The position numbers and the translations under genes were made by a program. DNA of 64,000 bases from Octopus vulgaris (Eukaryota): positions 25,172,001 through 25,236,000 of the forward strand of contig OX597821.1 in the NCBI GenBank assembly GCA_951406725.2. Reading direction: 5' to 3'. Position 1 is the first letter of the stretch. Every line of letters starts with the position of its first letter. The notes beneath the pieces were generated by a model. That model worked only from the letters and a program-made list of their open reading frames with translations, did no database searches and had not been told where the DNA came from. Below, piece by piece: positions 53,730-64,000 of the stretch.

Positions 53730-54264
53730 TGAAATGTTGGAGAAGGGCTTAAGTCGATTACATCGACGCCAGTGCATAACTGGTACTTATTTAATCGACA
53801 CTGAAAGGATAAAAGGCAAGTCGACCTCCGAACGTAGCAGCAGACGAAATACCTATTTCTTTACTATTCATAAGGGGCTAAACACAGAGAGGACAAACAA
53901 GGACAGACAAACGGATTAAGTCGATTATATCGACCCCAGTGCGCAACTGGTACTTATTTAATCGACCCCGAAAGGATGAAAGGCAAAGTCGACCTCGGCG
54001 GAATTTGAACTCAGAACGTAACGGCAGAAGAAATACCTATTTCTTTACTATACACAAGGGACTAAACACAGAGGGGACAAACAAGAACAGACAAAGGGAT
54101 TAAGTCGATTACATCGACCCCAGTGCGTAAGTGGTTCTTATTTAATCGACCCCGAAAGGATGAAAGGCAAAGTCGACCTCGGCGGAATTTGAACTCAGAA
54201 CGTAACGCAGACGAAATACCGCTAAGCATTTCGCCCGGCGTGCTAACGTTTCTGCCAGCTCGCC
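53730..54264 (-). mobile_element. SINE family B, trimeric
   Basis: Junctions at 53852/53853 and 54036/54037; period 183-184 bp. Confidence 0.9.
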
Positions 54265-54671
54265 GGCCTTCTCCATAATAAAACAGTTTCAATTCTCGGT
54301 TGTAGCTCACTTCATTTTCTTTTGGTCACTTCATATGATCGGATCATTCGTGAAAGTCATGTATTCCTCACAAGCCTCCTCTTCTGTCTTTTACAAACAA
54401 CATCCAATGCCTCCATATCTGAAATCGATATTCCATTACTTAAGCACATGATTTGCTGACGCACGCTTGCACACACGCACACACACGCACACACAGATAG
54501 ACAAACACACATTCATGCGCGAATAGGCATACGCACACATATATACCACACACGCACACACACAGAAGTGCATATACACGGACGTACACCCCACTACACT
54601 CAATCGTACACACTCATATAGACGTGCACACGCGCACACATACCCACACAAATATACTCATTCGCGAGTGC

Positions 54672-55215
54672 ATCACACACACACACAGAGGCAAGCGCTG
54701 AAATACACCACACACTCAGATGTACACAGACACCCATATTCACACACACACACACTCACACACACACACTACACACACACAGAGGCAGGCACACAAATAC
54801 ACCACACACTCAGATGTACACAGACACCCATATTCACACACACACACACTCACACACACACACTACACACACACAGAGGCAGGCACACAAATACACCACA
54901 CACTCAGATGTACACAGACACCCATATTCACACACACACACACACTCACACACACACACTACACACACACAGAGGCAGGCACACAAATACACCACACACT
55001 CAGATGTACACAGACACCCATATTCACACACACACACACTCACACACACACACTACACACACACAGAGGCAGGCACACAAATACACCACACACTCAGATG
55101 TACACAGACACCCATATTCACACACACACACACTCACACACACACACTACACACACACAGAGGCAGGCACACAAATACACCACACACTCAGATGTACACA
55201 GACACCCATATTCAC
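54672..55215. repeat. ~94-bp tandem repeat (about 6 units) built from CA microsatellite
   Basis: CTCAGATGTACACAGACACCCATATTCAC recurs every 94-96 bp. Confidence 0.92.
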
Positions 55216-55496
55216 GCACATACAGACATACGCAAACACCACACACACACACACACACACACACACACCACACACACCATCCACACACACACACACACAC
55301 ACACCCTCCACACACACACACACACGTTACTACCACCAGTACTACCAGCGGCTCAACACAATCTACTGCATCTCAGTACACAGCAAAGTGCAGGAGAGAG
55401 TGGTTTCTGTCCCCACTTTCCTCCCCCTGCACCTACCACTCTAGCCCATAACACTTGTTAGAGTTTACCGATGACTCATACCAATGGTTTTTGTGA

Positions 55497-55532
<36 letters not shown>

Positions 55533-55689
55533 GGGGAGTGGAGAGACTAGGAGAAAGAGAGGGAAAAAGAGAGAGCGGGAGTGCGATTTAATGAGTCAAG
55601 CAAGGCTTAGGAAGCTATCTCTCTTTCTCTCTCTGTCTCTCTCTCTCACTCCCACTCTCCTGCTCTCCCTCTTGTGTGTGTGTATACAT

Positions 55690-55752
<63 letters not shown>

Positions 55753-56099
55753 TACACACACGTATAGATGCACACAAGCACATAAATGCATATATCTATC
55801 TTTATGTGTGTGTGTGTGAGAGTATATGTGTGTGAGTGTGTGTGTGTGTGTGTGTGTATGTGTTCGCGCGCGTGTACGTATGTGTGTGTCTATCTATATT
55901 AATATACACATACACGCACACATACACGCTCTGTGCACACACACACACACAGTGATATACATATATGTAAATGTGTGCCTTGATTCATGTTATATGCTTT
56001 TTTGTTTTCTGTTTTAGGTATTACACACACACACATACATTCAATACGGTACTCCAGCACGGCCGCAGTCCTATGACTGAAACCGTTAAAAGAAGAAAA

Positions 56100-56138
<39 letters not shown>

Positions 56139-56155
56139 CATACATACATACATAT

Positions 56156-56188
<33 letters not shown>

Positions 56189-56191
56189 TAG

Positions 56192-56236
<45 letters not shown>

Positions 56237-56254
56237 TATCACATCACAACACTA

Positions 56255-56430
56255 AATTAGAACTTCAACGGACCCTGGTCTCTTTAACATCATGCCAAGG
56301 TACACAAGAGAAGAAAAAGATCTCATAACATTCAAACGTTCCCTGGACGAATAACTCCACCAATTTCCAGATAAGCAGACTAAACCCGGATATATCTCTG
56401 CAAACAATAACTCTTCACTCGAATCGGCTT
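56255..56430 (+). mobile_element. CR1/L2-group LINE extreme 3' fragment
   Basis: NGPGLFNIMPRY..TFKRSLDE..FPD..PGYISANNNS (frameshifted). Confidence 0.6.
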
Positions 56431-56897
56431 TTGTACCCAAAGAATGACTGTAATATGAAACACCAATGCGTTCTTTTATTATTCATTTATTTGTTTCGTT
56501 CATTTTGCTCCATGCAGTTTTCAAATACCTATTACTACTGAAGCAACAGGGTATGTGCCAAGAATTTGGGTACTGATGGAGGGAATGCAGCTCCTTGATT
56601 CATGCTCTACGAATGATCTCAATGCCTGGAACAATAAAAATCCGCAAAGCTTTCTTAAGATTTAAAGGATAATAAACAAAACAAGATGCTTTCCTCCACA
56701 ATCTTGCTACCAAGCAGACGACCGGTCAAAATTAACTCAAAATTAAAAAAAGGGGAAGAGAACATACACATCAATGCAGATATCCGTCAAAAAACGAGAA
56801 AGAATCATCATACAAATAATGTGGAGTTATTTGTTCATTGAGGTAAAGGCACTTACAAGGCTAGTCGTGTTTCTTTCGAATATTTTATCATTAGAAA

Positions 56898-57105
56898 GGC
56901 GGCGAGCAGGCAGAATCGTTGGCACGGTGGACGAAATGCGTCAAACTATTTCGTCCCTTTTTGCGTTCTGAGTTCAAATACCGCCAAAGTCGACTATGCC
57001 TTTCGTCCTTTCTGAGTCGATAAAATAAGGACCAGTTGAGCACTGGGGTCGGTGTAATCGACTTACCCCTCCCCTGAAATTGCTGGCCTTGTGCCAAAAT
57101 TTGAA
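56898..57105 (+). mobile_element. SINE family B, monomeric, diverged
   Basis: Head plus terminal module. Confidence 0.8.
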
Positions 57106-57507
57106 TCAATATCTTAATCATCAGATGTCACAGATGATTTTGATATTTTGTGTATGTGTGTGTGTCTGTGGGTATGTATGTGTGTATATCTGTGTGTGTA
57201 TGTGTCACTGTGGGTATGTGTGTGCATATTTTTGTTAAATATTTTTCATATTTTTCCTATTATTCTTGCATTCATTTTCTGAATATACTGATGGAAGTGA
57301 CTCGTTGTTGCAGCATTTAGTTGTAGGCAGCAACTGGTTAAGGGGTCTGACGAATTGGTCACTGCCGAATTACAAACATTTCAGATACGTTGATTTTTCT
57401 CATCTTTTGCTATTAATAGTGTCTACAATTAATCGAGTGTGTTTTTGTTTGTTATTTATTGTATTTCTATATACGATGATTGTGTTATCAAATCATGTTT
57501 TTTTTCA

Positions 57508-57674
57508 TAGGAGTGGCTGTGTGGTAAGTAGTTTGCTTACCAGCCACATGGTTCTGGGTTCAGTCCCACTGCGTGGCACTTTGGGCAAGTTTCTTCTACT
57601 ATAGCCTCGGGCCGACCAAAGCCTTGTGAGTGGATTTGGTAGACGGAAACTGAAAGAAGCCCGTCGTATATATG

Positions 57675-57707
<33 letters not shown>

Positions 57708-57919
57708 TTGTGTGTCTGTGTTTGTCCCCCTAGCATTGCTTGACAACCGATGCTGGTGTGTTTATGTCCCCGTTACTTAGCGGTTCGGCAAAAGAGACCG
57801 ATAGAATAAGTACTGGGCTTACAAAAGAATAAGTCCCGGGGTCGAGTTGCTCGATTAAAAGGCGGTGCTCCAGCATGGCCGCAGTCAAATGACTGAAACA
57901 AGTAAAAGAGTAAAGAGTA
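57508..57919 (+). mobile_element. SINE family A
   Basis: Matches the other copies. Confidence 0.9.
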
Positions 57920-59334
57920 ATATATCTATAATGTGCTATAATGATTCCTTACTATAAATACACAGTCGGTTTAGGAAGCTGGCAAGAAAGTAATCTCTTA
58001 TCATCGTGCCCACGGTTCAGCCTCTTTCGCCAATGCCATCAGACAGAGGAAACCTGATTATATTTTCGGCCAATGGAAGATGGCGAAATGATTTTTACGA
58101 TAGACTCAGCCCACCTCCTGGTCCGTCTTGAAATGGACACCAACGGTTCGACATGGCTCCGTAAGTCATCAATCCTTGGTTACTAAACGAACGCTGTTTC
58201 GTAATTCTGTGTGCAACCCCGGACAAGCATTATTACTGGGAGCACTTCCTTGCCTGTGGTGTTTATCTCGAACTTGGACCGGTAGTTTCATCACCGCTAT
58301 CCGCACGCGCGTTAGCATTGCCATGCCAGATATTTTTTTAAGGTACTCGTAATCTTCATGGAGAAAATCCTTCAGAACAAACTAGCCAGCTAGTTCTCGT
58401 CGACTTAAAGAATGGGGAGATTTCCACGAGAACGTCGTCACTCCCCACGCCACAAGCGCAAGTCCGACCGATCAAATTATCCGACATCTGGGACTAGAGG
58501 GCAGTGAACGTTTGACAGCATTCCAGATGCCAGACACCCAGTCTGGATCTTTGCTTGACTTATGACTGCCGTAACACCATCAACGAGACAAGCCGTGTGG
58601 AATAAAGTATTGTTGTTTATCGTTCCAGTTATTTCTCTTGTTCTAATTATACAATATCCCTGCCGAATTGACCGACACGCAGTGATGCAAACTGCGGAGG
58701 GTGTTGTAACGTGACAGTGAGTATATGTTGTACCCTCTCCACAGTACAGTCTATGTCTGCAGATTCTGATGGCAGTTACAGCAGAGACGGGTGCAAAAGC
58801 TTCTCCGTCGGGTCCGGTGGTAGTAGATGGCGGCGGCGGAAGTGGTGGTGGTGGTGGTGGTTTGTGGGGGGGGGGTGATGTTCTTGCAGGTAACGGTAGC
58901 AATAAGCTTGATGCTGGTGGTGATGGTAGTGGTAATGATGTTGGCTGCAGCCTCGCCATTTGTTGCCAGGACATTATCAGCAGATAGAAGTAACGAAAGA
59001 AAGGTGGGTCAAGATGCAGTCGCACATACAGAGCATACAGACAGGACATACACAAAGACTTACACAGACAGACGAACACACACACACATACACACACGCA
59101 CATACTGACATATATACATATTTATAGAAAGTACATACATGTGTACAGACACATACATATAATGTAGATACGCTACTAAAGACACACATACAGAAACGTA
59201 TAAGTACCCACATTGGTTTTCACACACATGCAGATACATATGCGGACATACAGACACACACTGACAAAAACCATACACACATATACAGATACACTGACAC
59301 ACATATTCACATACGCAAACACTCAGTTCTCTTC

Positions 59335-60110
59335 CGATGGCCGTCCATGTCGTGGTGGAATCATTGTGTGTTCCAATGATTCTGAAAGCGATACCATCCG
59401 GTGGCAAGGTCGAGAATGAGGTCCCAGACTAAACACGACGAAACACCAACATCAAGACCCCAACAGCGGAACAAGCGGAGGAGAGCTATCTCAAGCCCCC
59501 AAAGATCGACTCCGGCGGAAGAGAGCAACACCTGGCGGGCAGAAGTAACAAAGGCAGATAGACTCCGGCAGCTCGCTGCAACCAACCTCATCAAGATTGC
59601 AAGTCTCAATTCTTGAGCCGCAGTGGAGAAGTTCCTGGCCAAGCGCGCAGCCACGATCACCTCAAACAATTTACCCAGCGAATGGCTTCGTCTTTCTAAT
59701 CTGTCTCAAAAAGCCCAATGACGATGGTATCGAGGGCACTGGAGGCAGGCCTGGAAAGCTGGAAGCCTCTAGTCCATGACCACACATTGGCGGCGAATCT
59801 CAGATTGTTGCTATCCAATGGCTGCTAGACTCTTGACTGGGCTGGTCTCTTTAGGATTACCGCAGCCCACCCCTCAAGGGAAGCTCCTAGAAAAGCTGGG
59901 GTAAACATCGGACACGGCAACTCGATCTGGCCAGCATACCGCGGCTGACGAACCTCCCACTTAGCGGTTGGAACTCTACTAAATCCTCTGTTTCACAACC
60001 TCTCACTTTCGGGGCCTGGAACATCCGCACTCTCCAGGACAAGAGTGACATTAATCGAACAGAGCGACTTACAGCCCTCGCTTTCAAGGAACTTGCCCGC
60101 TTCAACGTTC
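59335..60110 (+). mobile_element. RTE LINE 5' fragment (leader, 5'UTR, start of APE)
   Basis: TGTCGTGGTGGA leader; LTFGAWNIRTLQDKSDINRTERLTALAFKELARFNV at ~60002-60109. Confidence 0.8.
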
Positions 60111-60224
60111 TAACGATTCTGCCAGATTGCTACTGTACGTTTGGTGCACGTTGTAGAAAAGAATATTATATCAACTCACGCAACACATAAAATATATTTT
60201 GTGTGCTGTGTAAGTTGATATAAT

Positions 60225-60608
60225 ATTCCTTTCTACTATAAGCACAACTGGTACTTATTTTATCGTTCCCAAAAGGACGAAGAGCAATGTCTACCTCAGT
60301 GGCATTCAAACTCAGAACGCAAAGGTCAGGAAGAAGCAACGTAGGTTATTTCTGGCGTTCCAGTAACTCTGCCAGTTCGCCGCCATTAATAATCCTCTCT
60401 GCACAAATCACAAGGCCTGACATTTTAGAGGGAGGAGGGAAGTCGATTACATTGACCCCAGTGCTCAAGTAGTACTTATTTTTTTCAATCCCAAAAGGAT
60501 GAAAGGCGAAGTCTACCCCAGCAGAATTTAAGCTCAGAACGTAAAGACGGACGAAATGCGGCTAAGCATTTTGCCCAGCATGCTAACGATCATACCAGCT
60601 CATCGCCT
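60225..60608 (-). mobile_element. Two diverged SINE B copies in tandem
   Basis: Two sets of GGTACTTATTT..AAAGG.GAA..AACTCAGAACG..CTAAC blocks. Confidence 0.7.
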
Positions 60609-61299
60609 TGTATGTTGATATAATATTAGATGGTATTCGTATATTGTGTAAGTTACGCCATGAGTATTAGGAGTTAATTACATAAAGCTTGTAGTGTGAA
60701 AATTGCATAGTGGTTATTGGGGTGGCTTATTTCGTAGAATGATTTGCAACATTGCAACGCTATCGTGAAGAAAACACTGTTATAATATCTAAAAGGGGTG
60801 ATTGTATAAAATTTTGTACTATATCAATTTTGTTGTTGTATGAGGTTATTGGGTTAAATATGTGTTGTGTAATATTATACTGTTGTGTGAAATATGCAAG
60901 TATAGAAGTGATTTTCTCAAACAATTATTCTCAGCCTTTTTTGCTTTTTGGTCATCGTTCCCTTAGGAATTTTCCTGAGGTTTCAGAGTTTCCAGTGAAA
61001 GAGATTTGTAAAAATTTTTCATTAATTTCCTCAATAGCAAGGTACCCCAGGCGTTGTGTCATATAGCCCTCTTGAGAATATTGTTTTATAATATGTGCTG
61101 TGCAAGTCGTGTTATTGCACTGAAAGGAAATTATGAAGATTACGAGTTGTGTTTTGATGCTGGGGAAGGGTGATTTTGTAGAATATGTGATTTGCAAGTT
61201 GTGTTACAGTATTGGGAGGTTATTGCTTAGTATATATTGTAGTTTAACACTGGTTTCAAATTTGGCTCAACGCCAGCAAATTCGGGGTTCAACTCGTTC

Positions 61300-61806
61300 T
61301 TATTTTATCGACCCCGAAAGGTTAAAGGCATAGTCGGCTACGGCGGAATTTGAACTCAGAACGTAAAATCGGACGAAATGCCGCTAAGTATTTTGCCCGG
61401 CGTGCTAACGATTCTTTTCTACTATAGGCACAAGGCCTGAAATTTTGGGGGAAGAGGTAAGTCGATCACATCGACCCCAGTACTCAACTGGTACTTATTT
61501 TATCGACCTCGAAAGGATGAAAGGCAAACTCGACCTCGGCGGAATTTGAACTCAGAACGTAGCGGCAGACGAAATACTTATTTCTTTACTACCCACAAGG
61601 GGCTAAACATAGAGGGAACAAACAAGGACAGACAAACAGATTAAGTCGATTATATCGACCCCAGTGCGTAACTGGTACTTATTTAATCGACCCGGAAAGG
61701 ATGAAAGGCAAAGTCGACCTCGGCGGAATTTGAACTCAGAACGTAGCGGCAGACGAAATACGGCTACGCATTTCGCCCGGCGTGCTAACATTTATGCCAG
61801 CTCACC
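61300..61806 (-). mobile_element. SINE family B dimer (61412-61806) next to a partial copy
   Basis: Junction at 61577/61578. Confidence 0.88.
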
Positions 61807-61903
61807 GACCTTATAGTGTGGTATAATATTAGGAGGTGATTGTGAAGACATTGTCTTATGATATCAGATGACTGTGTAGAATCTGTGCTGCGTAAGTCGC
61901 ATT

Positions 61904-62331
61904 CAATTGAAAATCCTTTATCATTTATTGAAAAATACGAAAATATCCAAAATTCCAAAGTTTTTTGACTGCTGACATGACACCACAAATGCATTTCAAG
62001 TTTGCAAGCAGGGATCATGCTTGTTTCTTTTTTTCTTTCAATCAAAGCATGACATCGTAAATGATGACTGATGTCTTGCATTTCTGAAGGTATAAAAAAA
62101 TTATACAAAATTTATATAAAACTACTGTACATGCAGTGTATGTGTATATATTATATTATGAAATTTATTTGGATATTGTGTTTAGACTTAGGTCCCATCC
62201 TAAAGCTGTCCATTTTTATAGATGCAAATATAAAATAAGTTCCAAAATCCGAAAAAAAATTTTAAATTAAAAAATTATAAAATTCGCAATATTTTCGGTT
62301 CCGGAAATTTCGTATAAGAGACTCTCAGCTG
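61904..62331. mobile_element. Tigger/pogo-type MITE resembling Tigger4 (Zombi/MER46)
   Basis: Blocks GCTGACATGACACCACAAAT, GTGTTTAGACTTAGGTCCCATCC, TTCCAAAATCCGAAAAAA and TTTCGTATAAGAGACTCTCAGCTG|TA. Confidence 0.65.
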
Positions 62332-63047
62332 TATTAACTTTTTGCATTGTTACCAAATCATAAATCTGGTGGAAGGATACAATCGATTAAATTGGCACTT
62401 GTACTTGTTTATTTTATTCACCACGGAAGAAAAAAAGATGATAGTGAAAGCTGACCTTTGCGAAATTTGAACTCAGAATGAAAAAAGCCGCGCCAAAATT
62501 AAAATATCGCAAATTGTACTGTTTTATTGAGATGGCAATTGTGTAGAATATGACTTGTGTGAATCGTGTCATACCTGTAAAACATGTAAGATATGAATTG
62601 TTTTACTCGTAGAATCATATGTGTCATATGACGGTTATGTTGCTGAATTCAAAGCCTTTTGTGTAGAGTACCCGTTGCATATATCTAACTGAAGGTTTTT
62701 TTTTCTGTTTACTTATTTCGTAAAATTTCGGACCGTTGTATGAGTTGTGAACTTTGATGCAGTCTTTTTACTATATTGTGCACGTCCATCTTTATCATAC
62801 CCAGGTCATCAATTTACAAATTTTTATTCTCCACGCATTGTCTATTTGTTTTGGGGCTTCGTCATCGTGTGTGATGTCCAGGTCAAAAGGGATCACCAAC
62901 TTGTCTATCAAAGTGTACTGGCTTTTCAATGGTACGATTTAGTTACACGTCAACTGTTTGCTTTTATTCTCGTGGTATCGATTTGAGCGAAGAACATGTC
63001 CTATAGTAGATTTTTCTTCAATAAGGTTTTCTTCTTCTTCTTCTTCT

Positions 63048-64000
63048 TCTTATTATTATTATTATTCTATGTTTGACTTTTGCTTTATATTTGTACAAGT
63101 TGGCTCCAAGTCTCACCCAGAGACCTCAAGAGACAACAGGGTTGGAAGTTCATGTTGTTGTTATGCCTAGTGTGCCATATATTTGGGGGGTGGGGATGTT
63201 GTACTAATGAATGTCTAAAAAAAAAAAGTTTTTTTTTTTTTTTTTTTTTTTTTTAAACCGAAAATTATGTTTGTTTTAAACCTTGAGATTACATAGAGAG
63301 TATTTTGCGTAGGATATGAGCAGTTCCCATGAGCACTATCTTTTGAACTTCTGCCATTTTTGGGTTTCCTGGTATCTGAGTTAGGCAGCTATCAGCCCCT
63401 TTTGCTATCATTCCCAGGGCACCTATGACAACAGGTATTGTTTTAGTCTTCAGCTTCCACATTTTGCTGATTTCTATTTCAAGATCTTTATATTTGCTCA
63501 GTTTTTGGTAGGTCTTGACAGATACGTTTATATCGATTGGGACAGTCATATCAATGAGGAGGCATGTTCTTTGTTTGAAGTTTTTCAATATGATGTCTGG
63601 CCTATTTGCATCTATCTTCCTGTCAGTTTGAATGGTGAAGTTCCAGAGGAGTGAGATGTGGTCATTTTCAAGCACTGGGGGTGGTTTGTGTTCCCACCAG
63701 TTTTTTTCATGGGGCAAATCCAGGTTTTTACAGATTACCCAGTGAATATATTGTGCAGCTCTATCGTGCCTGTTGAGATACTCTGTAGGCGCTAGAAGAC
63801 TGCACTTGGAGACCACATGGTCAATGGTTTCATTTTGTTGCTTGCATACACGACACGTTGGACTGCTTCTGATCTTTAATATGTTGGCCTGGTAGTTTCT
63901 TGTTGGTAGGCATTGATCTTGAGCTGCTATGATAAACCCCTCTGTTTCAGATTTTAAGCCAGAGGCCATTAGCCATTGATGGGTCAGGGCTTTGTCGATA
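63048..64000 (-). mobile_element. Young R4/Dong-type LINE, 3' part; continues beyond the window
   Basis: Intact ORF, 3'UTR and (TAA)n tail. Confidence 0.93.
63289..63999 (-). CDS. LINE ORF C-terminus: CCHC zinc knuckle and PD-(D/E)xK restriction-like endonuclease
   Basis: AAQDQ, CRVC..ETIDHVVSKC, RHD, NRPDII, LIDMTVP, KLSKYKDL; open to the window edge. Confidence 0.93.
   Translation of the reverse strand: MDKALTHQWLMASGLKSETEGFIIAAQDQCLPTRNYQANILKIRSSPTCRVCKQQNETIDHVVSKCSLLAPTEYLNRHDRAAQYIHWVICKNLDLPHEKNWWEHKPPPVLENDHISLLWNFTIQTDRKIDANRPDIILKNFKQRTCLLIDMTVPIDINVSVKTYQKLSKYKDLEIEISKMWKLKTKTIPVVIGALGMIAKGADSCLTQIPGNPKMAEVQKIVLMGTAHILRKILSM

Noticed and set aside
54672-55215. CRISPR-like appearance of regularly spaced repeats (also the SINE B modules and the 22600-23230 minisatellite)
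   Set aside because: Intervening sequences are identical rather than unique spacers, there are no cas genes, and the context is eukaryotic

Overview
Eukaryotic, AT-rich, microsatellite-dense DNA, most likely an intronic or intergenic stretch of an octopus (coleoid cephalopod) genome. The taxon is inferred from the tRNA-derived SINE families and repeat content, not from a search. No intact host gene is recognisable, and most listed ORFs are microsatellite artefacts. The window is a mosaic of transposable elements: at least four tRNA-SINE families, R4/Dong-type RLE LINE fragments, RTE and CR1/L2-like fragments, an irritans-type mariner, a maT-like element, a Tc1, Helitrons, a solo LTR, and hAT, piggyBac, MULE and Tigger MITEs. 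The most interesting signal is a set of Penelope-like element (PLE) remnants, all sitting in (TA)n tracts, that carry hammerhead ribozyme (HHR) motifs. One HHR has an ~85-nt rod-like stem II. In three unrelated remnants the inversion point of the terminal repeat falls at, or within a few nt of, the axis of a palindrome that is, or plausibly was, HHR stem III. Other oddities are a SINE with 0-2 internal ~184-bp modules joined at one fixed nucleotide, a 2-kb element bounded by two inverted Helitron-like 5' ends, a 377-bp bipartite RTE-derived retroposon with an 18-bp TSD, and a MITE resembling mammalian Tigger4/MER46. Family names rest on motif recognition from memory; no database search was run.
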